From Plasmodiophora brassicae (taxonomy: Eukaryota): a DNA stretch of 64,000 nt. The notes under the pieces were generated by a model. The model saw only the letters and a list, made by a program, of their open reading frames with translations, was not told the DNA's origin and made no database searches. The stretch is from NCBI GenBank assembly GCA_036867785.1, contig CP145420.1, forward strand, positions 496,001-560,000, in the 5' to 3' direction. Position numbers and translations under genes: made by a program. Numbering within the stretch: the stretch's first letter is position 1; each line of letters starts with the position of its first letter. Positions 1 through 14,200 of the stretch are shown here, piece by piece.

Positions 1-1
1 C

Positions 2-652
2 CAGGGCGTCTCCGCTGGCCAGCAATCATCATACGGCGAGGTCGAAGACGGATCCCTGCAGACGTTCAACTTTGGGAGCGGCGAGAAACGAGCCGCTCAA
101 CGAGCCCTGGTCCAGCAAGGCCTGTTCGGGTACGCGCCCAGCTACGGCGAGCAGGTCGGCAGCGCGTCCAGCGACAACACGAACGGGTTCGTCTCGAAGC
201 AGAGCGTGCTTCAGACGGGAAGGACGGCGGCCGGGCTGGCAGCAGCGCACGACAACGTTGGGACGCTGCAGGCCGGTCGAGGATACTACGCGTTCACGCC
301 GGTTGGGGTCGCCGGGGTCGGCGTCGGCATCGACCAGGTCGGGTGGGATCGCGGCGCGCACCAGGTGCAAGCGGTGAACGAGTTCGCGAACAACGCGTAC
401 GATAACGCTGCGCTGGTCAACCACAATCGGCAGACGGCGGGCGCGGATTCGAAGGTGGCCCTGGGAGCGGGCGTGATCCCTGGCGGGGCAAGCCTGGGCG
501 TTACACGTGCCGGCGTGACCAACGATGGCACGAGCTACGGGGAGCGCTCTGTGGGCAACGACCTCGCCACGCGCCAGACGACGTCCGCGTTGAACACGTT
601 TGATGTGGGCGGACAGACGGTTGTCGGTGCCACCGGCGCGCTTCTTCCTTGA
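2..652 (+). CDS. 5'-truncated Gly/Ala/Gln-rich protein of unknown function
   Basis: The frame is open from position 2 to TGA 650-652, upstream of ORF 206..652. Codon usage is GC3-rich and SYGE recurs three times. Confidence 0.7.
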   Translation, partial: QGVSAGQQSSYGEVEDGSLQTFNFGSGEKRAAQRALVQQGLFGYAPSYGEQVGSASSDNTNGFVSKQSVLQTGRTAAGLAAAHDNVGTLQAGRGYYAFTPVGVAGVGVGIDQVGWDRGAHQVQAVNEFANNAYDNAALVNHNRQTAGADSKVALGAGVIPGGASLGVTRAGVTNDGTSYGERSVGNDLATRQTTSALNTFDVGGQTVVGATGALLP

Positions 653-795
653 CGCACGGCCGTCATTGCGATCGGGCAGTAATGTACTCTACCTGGGCCG
701 TTGCACGCTGTACGAACCGGTACTGTCCCCATCGCGATGATTTGAAATGTAAACCCGAAAGGTTGCGAGCTATAGAGTACAACACAAACAGTGGT

Positions 796-1239
796 TTAGT
801 GCGTTTCATCGTCCAACGTCTGAATCTGTAGACGGCTGGCCGCCCTGGGAGCTTGACGTGGATCGAGCACGTCCTTCGCCCGGCCGCGGCCCTGTGTCTG
901 CATTCGCTTCATTGCAACGGCTCGCAGTTTGAGGGCACCGGAGTGGGCGGCACGGAGGAGATTGTGGTTACGCATCATGGCCTGGACACGCTGGAGACTC
1001 GATGCCCGCGATGCCGTTCCGTTCACTACAGTGGACGAAGAAGAGGGCAAAACGGACGCGTCGAGAACAGCTTGATAGACGGTCGCGTGAGATCGATCCA
1101 AATAGTGGCCCAACGCGTGCGCTTCCTCGAAGATTCGTCTCGCCGCTGCCCGTTCGAGCAGGCCCCGTCGCAGATCGTCTTCGCTCGTCGACGTTGCTAC
1201 CGCGCATGCAACCATACCGATCACCAGCCACCCGTACAT
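796..1239 (-). CDS. Small putative secreted protein (147 aa), effector candidate
   Basis: Internal ATG of ORF 796..1440 gives MYGWLVIGMVACAVATS (signal-peptide-like) followed by a helical, charged mature region. No intron is needed. Confidence 0.55.
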   Translation of the reverse strand: MYGWLVIGMVACAVATSTSEDDLRRGLLERAAARRIFEEAHALGHYLDRSHATVYQAVLDASVLPSSSSTVVNGTASRASSLQRVQAMMRNHNLLRAAHSGALKLRAVAMKRMQTQGRGRAKDVLDPRQAPRAASRLQIQTLDDETH

Positions 1240-2242
1240 TTCTGCCTCAGAAGTCAGAACAACAATGGGCGGACTGCCACGCCAGGTCTCAGAAAATGCG
1301 GGCGACCATGAAACTGCGCGGCGCGCGCCCGCACGCGCCACGCGATTTGCTCTAAACAAAGCCAGGGGCTGGATCGCCCCGCCATAGTTCCTGGAATGAT
1401 CTCCGTATCGAAACCGACAACAACGACCCGCTGTTCGCACTGAACGGTTTTGCGAACCTCCACATCCACTCTGCCTCGAGTTGCTTGATCCACGTTCACG
1501 CTGGCGAATAGTAATGGAGCCAGGTGAACAGCGATATCCGGGTGAAGGTCATGACCCGGCCGTTCCCTATCGTTACCGGCAACGCTGAGATGGCCCCCGT
1601 CTGCTCTTCCATAGTCGCGTACCTGACCTACAATCTCGATGGCCACTGCTTCATTGAGCAACCGTCTGGACGTTGACGACGCCAAACGAGCTCGCATGAG
1701 GGGGGACTCAACGCCATCGACACGGGCGCCAAATGTGGTTTCTAGGTGAACATGCCTATTGTCGGACGAGTGCAGTGTCTTCACATCGACGCCACGACAT
1801 CAGATTAGCACCCCGCAGCGACAGTAACGCGAACGTCGTCGGCTCTAGCGTTGGCATATCGCCTGTTTCCGCCTGCGGTCACATACCGCACCAGGGCTGC
1901 CTTCATCAGTCAACGGATTCCAGCTAAAGATGCGAATACGACCGACGGTAACAGCCTAGGTAACTCGCAGACATAACCGGCTGATGAATGACTATTCTCC
2001 AACGAGACATTCTTCACCTGAGTCTCCCGGCATAGATACCGCCAACGACAACTTCTACAAGTGAGTCCCTGGTTACTTCCCAGGCAGAAGGCCAATTTTC
2101 CTCTCCTGTTGCTACCACGCGTTATCACACAGCAGTCTATGTAAGGCGTAATGCCCTCGCGAAGGCACTGCTTTTGAGATTCATAGAAATTACACGATCG
2201 TTACCGCGCACGTCAGATGAACGGCGATACTGTGTTTCACCG

Positions 2243-5200
2243 TTACAGGACAACGTCAGTGCTGAGATCGAACTGGGCGGATACTGTTGCAGGTCCGCGA
2301 GAGTATTCAAGCAGCAGAATGCTGTTGTCGAAATCGAACTCGTTGTCGGCGGATTTCAGGTATACATTCTACGCGAGAACGTTAATACTGATGGCCGCAT
2401 AGTACTGGGTTGCGCGTTTGTACCTGAGCGGAAGTACGGATATCCCTTGGCGTCAGACGTGGTTCTTGCTGAGCAGTCAGCGACGCCGAAACCAAGGCCT
2501 GTAATTCACTGGTGATGTCGATGAAGGTCCTGATGCCGAACTGGGCACTCTGAACATGAGGCGTGCACTGCTGAAGGTTACGCTCTAGCCAGTCAAATAA
2601 ATCTTGGGCCTACATGCAACGAGTTCATTGCCAACTATGATGCACGAATCCCGGCAGTGGTACCTCTTCTGGCGACCCGCATTTAATTGTTTGCTTGTTC
2701 GACCCGACGCGGACAGATACGCCATCGGGCTTGGACGATAGCTCAATCGCACGAATGTGTTGCAGGAACAACGAGAACCGAATAGAGGCTAACTCTATGT
2801 CCTGCTCGGTGTTGCCTTGCCGTGTCTTTCCAACCAGTAGCCGGAAGTTGGAGATCAACACAAGCATGGACTTGCGCTTGGAAGCGTCTTTCGACTCATA
2901 GAAAGTGTGACTCGAGTCGATGTACACCTCTTGCTGAAGCTGATCTTCTGTCAGGACGGGTACCTCAGTAACTGCATAGTGTCAGCTACAAATAATGTCC
3001 TAAACACGGCCACACTGTTACCAAGCAATGACTGCGACATGCGCAATGCGGCTTGTCCTACGAAATTCGTGAGTCGTTACAGAATCACGACCAGATAATC
3101 GAATGGGACCCAAACCTCTAGCAGCCTTAGCATTGTAGACGCCAATCACGCCGACCTTTGGAATATAACGGGGTCGCCGAGACCGTCCAGTGGCGAACAT
3201 TGCATTTGGGCCACCGACGACATTCTGCAGGCCTTGTACAGTGTGTGTTCCGAAATCGACAAGGCCAACAACAGGCTTGGCGATTAGGCCAGCTGAACCC
3301 TGGGCTATGCCTTTGAGGAAGCCCAGCGGACCACCAGCACGCGCGCCTTCCACTGGTTTCTTGACGATCCCCGTTATGCCTCCGAAAACACCAGAACCGA
3401 ACGCAATAAGGCCTGGCGCATGGGTTTAGGCCAGTAAACCCCTGTTGACAGTAGGAAACTGTACCTGTCCCAATGTTATGGGTTTCTGTTCCTTGGGATG
3501 CTTCGCGAACCCGTTGGCGCGCATCCTAGCCAGTCATTAGAATAAAACCTTTGCAAATGGACCGACTAACACGGACATGCTCTCGCTGCATCAGGTACTC
3601 TTTGTCCATCGTCAGAGCCGACAACCCTGAGCTGATACTCGAGGTGATTTGACTTGCCGAGGAGAGGACACCCCCAACTGTGTGCCGGACAAACTCACGA
3701 GAACCTGACGCAAGGCCTTTTCCGAACTCCAACGGACTCGAGACAATACCTTGTGCTGGATCGTAGACAAGGTGTTTGACACCGGTACCAATATTCGATA
3801 CAAGCCCGACAGGATCACCCAATACCGACAAAGACCCGAGGACCTTGTAAACCTGTCGAAGCATCTGCACGATGTAGTGCCTCTTGACTGGAGCTAAAAT
3901 TACGTCAAGTGATCCGAAGACATCGTTGATTTCAAATGAAGAGATTCGGATAGGAGCGCCCTAAAGTTCGCATAAGCTCACAGAAGGAACCCGCGACGAC
4001 GAATACAGACATTGACAGCAGCAAAGGTAATACCCGCTGCCCCAAGAAGAATATCGACAGGAGTTGTCCAGCGTGAATCGCTGACAACAGCACGATGTGG
4101 CCTCAGCGTAGGCTAAATACGCTGTAAGTAAGGGCATGCAGAGAAGTACAGTACCAAGCGATTACATGGAGCGTTAAGTTGATTGCAATGGGATGCAGGA
4201 GAAGACGTTTAACGAACAGGTTAGATGCAGACTCTGAATAACAACCATTCAGAGAGTGCCAGACGCATTGGTATTCCACGAGTGCTGACCAGAAACAGGG
4301 TGTTGCATGGATTCCTCAAAACTGAGCGCGCGACGTTCGTCAACGGACATTTCCGCCAAAACAGTGTCGGAGACCCTCGTCACGAAGTGGAAAAGGTCGA
4401 TGACAAAATCTTCCTCAATCAGAACATCCACTTCCTGCAGGAGGACATTGACAAATTCCAAATTGATGAAACCTGACGGGTCTGATCAGATCCCATAGAA
4501 CCGTCACGAACCGTGCCTGTCGTACCCAGAGTTTGGCTCCGCGAGGAACTCAGCATCGACAACTGGAATAATGGAGGAGGCATGGCGGACGAGGCTGCGG
4601 GCAGCCGTCGTGCGATCACGACCGGGAAAAGGGCAGTGTAACTCTGGTTGTCGACTTGCGCGTTCTCAATGACGGCAAAGAATCCCTGGATGATGCTAAA
4701 TCAGGTAGCAGCTCCGAAGAACGTAACAAATCCTACTATTCCGTCGTCCGACAAAGACGCCCCGATGTGCATGTTGCTCATTGAAATGTAAGCCAGTTCG
4801 GCAGGAACTGAGTCGACTAATGAAATTCCAAGCTTCGCCAAGAACCTGGATGCCATCGGTTAGTCAAAAGCACCAAAGACAATTTTCGGTTATACAAATT
4901 CAGATTTGTTGTAGGCGAAGTGGATGGAGGGGGATATCCGTTAGGCAGCTCAGATGAGGACAAGCTTATGCAGATTTCGTTGGATCCGTCTGCAAGCTTG
5001 ATCCAGCACTCCTCAGAATCCTGAAGGAAACCCGTTTTAAGGTAAACCTCCGAGAGGTACACGTATGTTATGACCTTCGCAAGTGAAACATCGCCAGTTG
5101 ATACATGCTCGTAAGATATGGTGTTCGATGAGTGATCAAGAGTCTCCATCAGCAATGCCAGACGGACATTGGTTGTTGATCCAACCTGCCGTCAAGGTCA

Positions 5201-8200
5201 GCAAATACTCTACTCAATATCAATTCGCCCCTTTTACATAAACAGCTTTTACGCTGCTGTCGGTACGGAATACAAATGGTTGTCTCAGCATTCCCGAAAT
5301 AATGTTTCCAGCATAATCTGTAACAACAGACACAGACTCCAGACCCTACTTCCCCATGTCAATTATCGTTATGTAGGTCGACCACGCGCATAATGACCTC
5401 ATCAGGTCCAGGAACGTTAGCAGTAAAACGACAGAGGAGCCTCATTGACACCGGTTTGGCAAAACCACTGTCTGCAGAGGCAGCTGGAACGGGTTCCAAC
5501 AGTTGTCCACTGACGAATATTCAGCTCAATATTACACGTTAATGCTGAACTGATACCTTTCGTTTTTCAACGGTGCGACACTGTCAAAGTATGCTCGATT
5601 ATCAGGAGGCGCGTCTCTGCAGCTAAGGGTTAACGGCCAGTACATGCAGGCGAAGAACTGGAATTACAAGAACAGTGAAGAAGAGAGCACAGGACCGCGA
5701 ACATCAACAACAGACAGCGCGAATTCGATTATTCGAGGCGCACTCTTCAGTGACGCCGACGTGCGTTCTTTGCCTGTTGGTACAATCGCTTGCGTTGGCT
5801 CCTCCAGTTCATAAGTTGACTCTGGCTGATGTGGGACACGTGCGGCTTCCAGAAGCTTGGCAAGCCTTGCCAGAGTTGCTTGTTGGTTCGCAATGTCCTT
5901 ATCGAGCACTATAGCTAAATCAGTGTCTAGGCCGACCTGAACGGACTGATGAAGTACTGTTGATTGATTCTCGAAGTGCGTCGAGGCGCGAATGCAGATA
6001 GCGAATTCTAAGGTGAACTCTACCCCGGACTTCCTTGTCAACACCCAACACAGGGAACCAGCGATCAATAGGTTGGAGATCAGAAGGCCGGCCAAGCTTT
6101 CCAAGAGGCACAACGAGGCCGCCTAAGAGAACGTCGTTGCCAGCACCGCGAGATGCAAAGAAGGATATAGTGAGAGGACCCATTACAACATTTCCTTCAG
6201 TTCCGAAGAAAACTTGCAGGTCCCAGAAGGGGTCAACAAAATCGCGCGTTACTGAATATAGATGTCAGACCCAGTTATGGAAGCGCCTATACCGGTACAT
6301 GGCCCACTTACTTTGCGTTCTCTTCTCAACGCCGGCGTATGACACTACTCCATATACCGCGGAATGCTTAGGAGCCTCCATGTTGCTTGACTCCACCTAC
6401 CAATATCAATCAAACTCCAATTTTGCTGCATCCGTTTAAATGTCCACACCAGGTCAACGAACAGCAGACCGTGTGTGTCTTCACTCTCGTCGGATTGTAG
6501 TAACGACAGCTCCAGCTTCTTGGCACTCCATTGTGAGACCTGGCAGTGTTGTCAGAAGAGCTTAACAGGGCCGCGGAAGACGATTGATACAAGATTTGCC
6601 AAACGCTGGTGAATAACTTTCTGGCTCTCTGCAAGGGAACGCATATTCCGGACCTTCTCCTGAATGCAAATAGTCCGCTTGTATCCCGACACTTTTACCG
6701 ACGCAATAAGCGAATGAGGAACAGGGTCGTCCACATCCACGGATACTTTCTCTTCCTGAGACACTATTGAGAACCAGATATCACAATGTGGTATACAAGA
6801 ACTACCCTAGGAAGCGACCAGTCGAATTCAATGTGATCGAGGGGTTCACCTGAACGAGTCATCGTGCTGTCCAATTTCAAGGTAATGGTCGGTGGACGCC
6901 CTTTATCGTCCCACGCATATGGACAACGTTCACCGGGTGGAACATGGAGCCACTGATTGGTGCTTTTCTGTCTGAACCAGACATGGGACATGGCCGTTCG
7001 GTTGATAACAGTAATCGGCGCAAGAGCAGCAGGTAGGCATGAGAGAACAACAAAATTCGAGAAGACACCATTATACTGAACTTGAACACGAACGAGACGG
7101 TCCTTGTCCCTTGCAGATCTAAGATAAATTGTGTCGTCTAAGACACCTTGCACTGAGACCGGAGAGCACCTACAGTTTGGGACTGCTCAGTTATTGTTAC
7201 TATCAGTCGGCCAGCTGCTTTACCATTCGTTGTCATCCCCGTCAAATTTAAAAGTTAGCATTTCCTTTAGATCCCGATCCGGCCATGAGTGAATAATGAA
7301 CCGCTCCTGCGATGACGCAGCCCACTGCGTGCCCGACCCAAACTGTTTGATTGAAACAGAGAAGGGCAAGCCATTGAATAGCACAAAACGGTGAGAGAAT
7401 ATAACCTAGGGGGCATGAGTAAAATTCCATCTCATTAGCAGCAGCAATACCTTTTTCGTTCGCGTGAACGGAGCAGAACACAAGGCAACTGTAACGTTAA
7501 ATTGGAAACACTGGCGGCCTGCGATGATCGATACGAAATCGCTCGACCCGGCAGCGTTGATAGCAACGGCCTCAGACCACGTCGAGTTCGTCTTATTGAG
7601 ACGGACATGACAACGCCCGTTGGAAGAATTGAACATAAGAGGCTGCCTTAGTGGTTCCTTGGGATCAGCATCTGATTGGATGTCGATATCGGCAGGTGGA
7701 TAGAATGGAGGGACAAAAATGGACTACAGCATGTTAATCAAGACGTTACACAGTTCGATGGCCTCTAACCTTATCGGCAGACACGGACAAGCAGTCCCCT
7801 CCAGGCAATGAAGTCATGTCGTATATCCAGTACGGGACGTAGAGCAGTAACCGGGAGCTGGTCAGCTCTGCTTGTACGACAAGAGTGTAATTGTTCGACG
7901 CGTCAACGCAAGCCAAAGATGGTGCTTGAGATGAGGGACCGATTGTAACCGGCTTGCTCCAATGACTAAGTTCAAAATTAGCATCACAATAATCAGAGGA
8001 GCTAATATCCCCACACCTCATAAAAGGCAGCATTATCTCAAAATGGAAAGTGTCTTCAGGCGACACGACCATAAGAGGGAGCTCCTCTTCGGATTCCAGC
8101 GCCTCTGTTTCGAAACCTTTTTGGCTGCCAGCTTTGCGGATGCGAACTTGACAGGGAAGGGTAAGAAGATTTTGAAGGATCAGTGGAGGAGTGAATATGA

Positions 8201-11200
8201 ACTCGTGCAAGCCTTCTACCCCTCTCTTGTATACGACACCAACCATAAGGTCGTACGTTTCATCAGTCGCCTGTGACAGTATGAGAACAAACAAGACAGC
8301 ATGAGCGAGTGAGCGACTTTGAATCTCAGTAATGTGGACCCGTTGGCGAGGTTCAATACAGCAGGTGACAATTTCGAGTCTAGGGGAAGACACAGTAAGT
8401 GAGTGCAATAGAACAGCACATTCAAACAAGAATACCCTTGAGCGAGACGACAAGCTGCAAGTTCGAATCACGAACAGCAACGGGTAACCAGTAGGTCTCA
8501 TCTGGGGCGACATCTACTGAAGAGTTCAGAGGTCAGACAATTAACATTCCACTTCGAAAAGTGACCTTTCGACTCGACAACCATAATGGATTTGGTACGG
8601 TTGCGAATGCAGAATGCTGAGTGTACATCGAGAACTTTCGACATGCCCAACTCGGATGTGTCAACAAAGACGCGAACAGTCGACAAAGGCGACTTGGCAG
8701 AGGCTTCGCGGTGCAGCCAGAATGACTGACAGCCGGTACGGCTAACGTCGACCTAGCATACAACTGATGAGCAAATACTGGGGAGGAAGCCATATGAGAC
8801 TCTGTCGCACTTCGGTTATTGTTGTCCATTCGGGCCCGAAAGACAACGAGACTTTGGCACCGTCTTGACTGTTCTGAAGAGGTAGCTCGCAACTTGAACC
8901 AGGATCAACAGGCACAGACTCGATTGTTGGAACCAAAACGGTTACTATCGCCTAATAGGGAATGGGTCGTCAATATAAACGTATCGCTTGACAAGCCCCA
9001 AGTACCTCAGTGTGATTTTGGATTGTAAGTCTATTCCTGTTCAAGATTTCAATTCGATCAGAGTTCTTTCTTGATCGAGGAGAGCCAGCCGTGTCCGCTT
9101 CTGAGCTTGATGTTAAAGCAGCGCTCGGGGAATACAAGTTTGCATGCACACCTTTACGTATTAACTGGACAGAATACATGAGAGAGTCCACAAGTCCAGC
9201 AGTAATGTTAATGTCCAGGACGCCCTCAATCGCTGCAATATATTAACAGCCAGAACCGCTCCGACACAACACCCCATTTGATTACCCATGGTTGCCTCCG
9301 TACTGGACGCGGTTTGCGTCAAGCGAACGGATACCCGGGACGGTTCGATAAGCGGTTCATAACTGGAATTCGAGGTATTGAAATATCGGACGGCTACCCA
9401 CATGCCAACAAACCTGTCTTCGTGCTTAGTCCATTGTTTCTCCAAGCTCAAGCCCAAACGTACAAATGCCGGGCGTAGCCGAACGAATACACTTGCGATC
9501 GCGAATCAACGAGAGCAATCAGTTCCGCAACAGGAATCCGCTGTTGATCTTGACCTCCGAAACAGTCGTTTACAATGTCGATTCTGATGCTTTCCAGCCC
9601 TATCCCGACCGATTCATGAAGAGCCCAGCGAGAAAGTATACTCTGAGACTCTATTGAGGGTCCCTGTAGGTAGCTCCGTCAACAATATGGCCACAACAAA
9701 CACAATAGTAAAAACCCTTTACCAGCGACTCTTCATCAAGAATCTCGATCTTGGGGAGATTAGTGTCTTCCATATTTGCCTCTTGCTCTCGGTTTGCTTC
9801 CCCAACTGGTTGAATACTGGCAAGAGCCTAGGTAAGCAGCTCACAAATACGAACCGTAATCGACGCATAACATATTCTTACATCCTGGACTACTCGAGCG
9901 GAGCTGCTCAAAAGCAAAACGGCAGAGTACGATACAACGAGGTGTACCGGCTTCATCGTAATATTTGCCGAAATGAATTTCGGCGCGCCAAGCGAGGAAA
10001 GGCCACTCGTCGCCTGAAACCTCAACTTAGTTCCACATACCTCGTTGTGTACCTTAAGCAGCCTACTTGTAGTGAACAGTCAATTGGATGAAGAACAGGG
10101 AGGATTGCGTCTTTAGCTTTTCGATCCATTTGCAATTTCTGAACACCAGCAACGACGTTCCAAGCTGCAGGAGATTGCCAGCTCGCATCAGTTTCTATCT
10201 CGCAGCCAACAAGTAAGAACTCGTCAACGCGTTCTAACGAATGAAGGACGAGTCTGATGTTGATATGGGACTTCAGACGCACATTTGGCCCTGTAACTTA
10301 AGATCAGCCAGGGACTTTACACTAAATGAACAAACGAATTACCTGCTTCTACGAATGCAACGTCAAGTTTGGTTGACGCAATGGTGATATTAAGCTCGGG
10401 TAACTGAGACGCCAACTTGGGCGGAAGAGGCTTCGCATCGTCGACAGCCTGAATCCCATAAAGCGCCCGCATTCGCGTAGGAGCTAAGCGATAATCGGAA
10501 TTGTAACAGTCGATGAACTTGTCAAATCTAAATACAGATAGTTAGTCCAGCAGCGAGTGAGTCATAAATGTCTTCGTACTGTTCTCTTCCAGCACAGAAG
10601 ATCATTGGGCTGGATCGAACCGCAACGTGCGACTCGTCGTCCATCCTCATTTCAAGAAATGAAACATCAAGCAGCTCTTCAGTAAACTCGTCCAGGCCTG
10701 CATTCCCGAACCCGATAAAAATTCCACTGACGCGTCCAAGAGTGGCCCTAATACAAATATTTAATGGCAATGGCAGCACTCGACGAACCCACCAACCCGT
10801 CTGTCTTGAGTACTACATCCGCCAGTGTTGCCTTCAAGGCGTCGTTTTCGTCCTTCTCTTTCGCAATGGCAAGCTGGAGTCCACCCAGGACGATATCGAA
10901 CGTGGTATCGCGCCATAATAATGAAGACAGAGGTGAACCTGACCTGTGACTCTCGTCACTGTCGGCATGTTCACTCTTCGGAACCAGGGAAAGAAGCTTT
11001 GGAATTGCGCTGAAACGGGTCATGTCCAGCAATTCCTTGATAAGAGCGCAGCGAACGTTAATGCGCAACCCAGAAGCCCTTGTAAAGAGATTGACGCGAT
11101 TCTCAGCAATAGAGCCGTGCACGTCAATGAGATATGGCGCCTCCTCATCAGGTAGCTTTGCCATGCAGATTGGGTGTCGTAGCCAATGAGACTCCTCAAC

Positions 11201-14200
11201 AAGAAAGTCCTGAAACGTGCCTCAGTAGAAAGCCTTCGTGTGGATATCAATTTCTCTGATACCTCCATACTGATGCTGGTAGCGGTGAAGGTGAACTCCT
11301 GTGTGTTAACGCTGAATCGAGAATATGCACCAGCGACGTTACCCAGCGACGCAGTTATCACAGGTGTTAGAGGATTTGCAAGGAGCCGAATAATGGCACC
11401 ACCGAACATTGCCTTGAAACTTGTCGAGGGTGACGGAGCTTCTGTCGACGGCTGCAACGCATAGCTTTCCTGACGCTGCAAGTCGGGCAAGGAACCTGGC
11501 CTCGACAGTGGCCGACCGACTTCGATCAGCGACATCTGGGATATGTTCAGATTACATACTCGCACGAAATCGGTGAAGAAACCCATTACCATCACGACTG
11601 CCGTATCATATAGCGTCAGAGGTTCGAGAGTGACTTCAACCTGACCAGCTTCGACACTTATCGAATTTTCGAAACCTTCGAATAATGGAGACTCGGGACG
11701 GCATTGCCTATCGCGGACGTCAGTGCCAGTGAGCATAATAATTATTGAACGGAGCCTACAGGTAGTGAACACCCAAGAACGCTTGAGATGCTGAAGGATT
11801 GTCGGAAATCGCCTCTGGATATGACGAGCGTGAACGCACAAAATCGATATCCGACAAGCACTCGTGAACAGCAAATTCTGCTATAGCCGCCCTGACATCC
11901 ATGTCGAGCACCCGTTTTGTAACATTCAACGACATTGTTGATAGGCCCGCAGAGACAATGTCACGCTCCTCCGAAGCAACGGTTAACGAGAGCCCGCTGA
12001 AGCTTATGTTCGCCATTGCAAGGACATTGCTTCGTTCCTTCTCCGTGTATACCGGAACCTGCTGCAAACTTCAGCGTTCAAGAACATGCGCACGCTGTAG
12101 CACCAACATACGGCAGCTTGATCCTTCATCATCGGGGAAATCGGCTCGTGACGAGCAACCTCACTAGTTGCAGCAGGGACGTCATTTGTCGGTACAGCGT
12201 CAGGCTCAGTGCGGAAATCCTGGGCCATCACGACAAAGCGGTGTACTTGCTTAGGAGAAATACGGATATCGAAGGGAAGCACATTCATGTCGAACGTCAG
12301 GGAAGGGAGAACATCCGAGTCGATAAGGACGCAGATGCCAACTTGGACAGTCATGTCGATTGGGCGCAGAATACGTTCACGTTGGTCTATCGTTGAACAG
12401 TGAGAACTCATACCAAGATGCAGCAAATAAAACAGGACCTTCCAAATGCGACCGCCACTGTTGTCCTCCAGCCGCAAAGAATAATTCAATCTGAGTCACA
12501 TCCAAGGAGAGCCGATCGTAGAACCGGGTATACAAGGGATTCCTTAGGTCGCGGATGTCAGCTGCAGTAATGCCTTGCAGCTCGCCAGTAGTAGGCGCTT
12601 TGCTTGCCGCAGGGGCTGTAGATATGAGGAAACTGCCGAGATCAATAACCAAACACGACGTGTCAGATCGTGATGAACATTCCGGCACCTTTGGGACCAA
12701 TCAGATAAAACGCTGTCAGGTACGGTTACATGGAACGTACTATCATCGTTGGAGCCGACATCTTCAGTTCTATGACCATAGACGGGCGCCGGATAAGGGC
12801 AATATCCTCGGGCGATGTAGACGCAATCGCAGCAGTAACCGTGCTGACCATTGTCTGAGCACCGTCCTCCTCAGAGGCATCGCCAGTAAACTGTGCCGCT
12901 GCATCGTCGGCCGCTGATGAAGGCGACCCTTGTTTTTCGAGGAAACGGGTTAGCCGTTGAATCAGAGACTGATCGACAATGAGGTCCAGCTAACATGACC
13001 ATGTTAGTTATGGGAAATAGGATAAAATGGCGAAATACGAACGTACAGGCTCAATTCCTCCTGAAACGGAGACCCCAATATTTGAACCAGCAGGCTCTAT
13101 TCCGATGTGCAGTTTCGCCACGGACGTTACAGAATCTGTTTGAACCGGTTCCAGAGACGAACGGTACAGGATCTCAGGGAATGCCACCTGGAGGAACGTG
13201 AGCTTAGCTCGAATGGGCCGGACCCATTTACAGACCAACCTCCGGCAGCGACGAATTATGAATGAAGGCGTCTTGAAGCGACAAATCGACGCTTATCGTA
13301 GAAGATTCGCTTGCTGTCGCGTCAGCCCTCATATCGGAAATCCCGAATCGGACCAGGGTAAACTGAACAGTTGTCAATGCAAGAATGAATAATTCGGGGT
13401 GGGAGACTCACATCGCCAGACATAACCGTCAGTGAGACCTCCGGCAATCGAAAGGCCAAAGCCAATACGATTTGTTCTTCGGAAGAGTCATGCTGTATGT
13501 CTTCAATCTCGGGTGGAGGCAGGTCGACATCAACAGGTATGTCACCCAGGACGTCCCTAGATGCTGTGAACCACGACAAAACGCGGGTCGCCAGCCCTGG
13601 TGCTTTACGGTCGCTCTTGCGGAAAATCTCGTACTTCACAGATGGTCCAGCACGAGCTAATGCCTCATCGAGCTCTGACAGGACGACTTTTCTGGAGGGT
13701 AATGTCAGAAACCTCAATAAAGAATCACCACTAATCGCTTGCCTGTATGTTTCAATCTCTTTTGCCGTATGCTCCATCTCCAACTCGGCAAGACGAGCTG
13801 ATTCATCAAGAGTCAAGTCAGGGAATGTGCACCCGGTGGCATAAAGGGACTTTTTGTAGAGCTCCATATACTCCTTATCAAGTACGTCGAGATTCGACGG
13901 GCGTCCTTGAAACAGGTCTTTGCCAAGTAAGGCTTGGAGATGAGATGATGCTTTGTCCACAGCATCGGTAAGAAGCATCGCAGCACGATACTGCTCTTGA
14001 GACAGAGCGAACTGAATTTTTTCAACGTCGAAATCGACCTAACAGCAACTGAATACGAATGAAATAATTAACCACATGTAATGCCTACCTTGATACGGGG
14101 TGACGCAGAATGACCTTGGTGCATCGTCACGTGCAGTTGAAAAGATATCGGGTTCATGACGAAAGATGGAGGCGTGTCCGCCATCTCTGTGTGCATAACG

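Noticed and set aside
1254-2150. 176-aa minus-strand ORF as further VPS13 exons or a separate gene
   Set aside because: VPS13 reaches an in-frame TAA at 2243. I could not build a convincing spliced model on either strand.
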